From: a virus
Taxonomy: Duplodnaviria; Caudoviricetes
Length of the DNA: 34,665 nucleotides
Direction: 5' to 3' (one strand)
Virus record (IMG/VR): IMGVR_UViG_3300032335_000786
Coordinates: 1-34,665 of that record
Part shown: piece after piece, positions 34,084-34,665 of the stretch
Layout: each line of letters begins with the position of its first letter
How positions within the stretch are numbered: position 1 is the stretch's first letter
Made by a program: the position numbers and the translations under genes
Notes under the pieces: model-generated
The model's input: the letters and a program-made list of their open reading frames with translations, nothing else
Database searches by the model: none
Told to the model about the DNA's origin: nothing

Positions 34084-34390
34084 CAGGCACACCTGCCGCA
34101 CCTGCGGCGCGCACATCCGCAGCGGCCCCGACGCCAACGCCGCCGCCATTGAAGTCAGCGTCGACGACGAAGTAGTTGACCACCGCGGCGAACTACTCGC
34201 AGCCCTATCCGGCCGCAAGACCTACAGCCTCGAGGCCGGCGACCTCTACCGACGCTACGACTACCACCTGCGCAAACCCGCAGCCCAAGCCGTCATTCAA
34301 CACAAATGCTGGGAGCCATGCCCAGTGGACTGGCTCGCCCCACCACCCCAACGCAAGCGCCAGCAGCCAACAACTAAGCCGCCATTCTAA
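34067..34390 (+). CDS. Hypothetical protein with CxxC...HxC motif
   Basis: GAAAGG SD; CRTCGAHI..G...GELLAALSGR.TY.L...HKC. Confidence 0.7.
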   Translation: MRRVSSRHTCRTCGAHIRSGPDANAAAIEVSVDDEVVDHRGELLAALSGRKTYSLEAGDLYRRYDYHLRKPAAQAVIQHKCWEPCPVDWLAPPPQRKRQQPTTKPPF

Positions 34391-34405
34391 GAAAGGCAAT
34401 TCAGC

Positions 34406-34597
34406 ATGGACCTCAACGCCCGCTTCAGAAAGACCAAATGCTTCTGGTGCCAAAGCCCTAGCGACAACTCAGGCACCCCTTGCTGCGTCGGAGCCATGAT
34501 GTGGCAGGCCGCGGTAGTTGAGGACGCCCGACGCTGGCTCGCCCAAAACAACCCCGACATCATCCACTTCGGATTTGGAGACGACGGCCTTGAATAA
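34406..34597 (+). CDS. Small Cys-containing hypothetical protein
   Basis: GAAAGG SD; its stop equals position 53-55 of the left repeat copy and overlaps the TTG of the first ORF. Confidence 0.6.
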   Translation: MDLNARFRKTKCFWCQSPSDNSGTPCCVGAMMWQAAVVEDARRWLAQNNPDIIHFGFGDDGLE

Positions 34598-34665
34598 CTG
34601 CCAACTCCCCCACCGCGAACCCAAAAGCGCAGCCGACGGCACCCTCGTCTGCCCAGGCCACACCC
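34543..34665. repeat. Terminal direct repeat, right copy
   Basis: Identical to 1-123. Confidence 0.97.

Noticed and set aside
34543-34665. 123-bp repeat as a biological terminal repeat
   Set aside because: It falls mid-gene and far from the terminase/cos region; best explained as assembler overlap of a circular contig.

Overview
The window is a complete, circularly assembled genome (~34,542 bp unique; bases 1-123 recur exactly at 34543-34665) of a high-GC, probably temperate, HK97-fold siphovirus. WhiB, an Lsr2-type DNA-binding domain and an actinobacterial-style tRNA fragment point to an actinobacterial host. Order on the + strand: two HNH genes, terS/terL, portal, prohead protease, major capsid, a three-gene glycosylation cassette (two GT-B glycosyltransferases plus an NAD-dependent epimerase/dehydratase), head-tail and tail genes (with a -1 frameshifted tail chaperone), Gly/Thr-rich fibres, a small accessory island containing a leftward operator-controlled HTH operon, a lysis cassette, and a metallophosphoesterase/DUF6378-like module. 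Then come a leftward tyrosine integrase with a tRNA-3'-half attP candidate and an early/replication arm (Lsr2 domain, resolvase, secreted transglycosylase, WhiB, exonuclease, SSB, Prim-Pol/helicase, CTAG-iteron origin candidate). The best leads are: (i) the virion-glycosylation cassette, its switch-like leader RNA and a recurrent Gly-Thr(-Ala) motif in virion proteins that could be the acceptor sequon; (ii) an integration region with no recognisable repressor gene but with an anti-SD/anti-anti-SD RNA switch, palindromes and a G11 tract at the integrase start; (iii) a free-standing mini tRNA-like element after ssb. All calls come from motif recognition by eye; no searches or folding programs were run.
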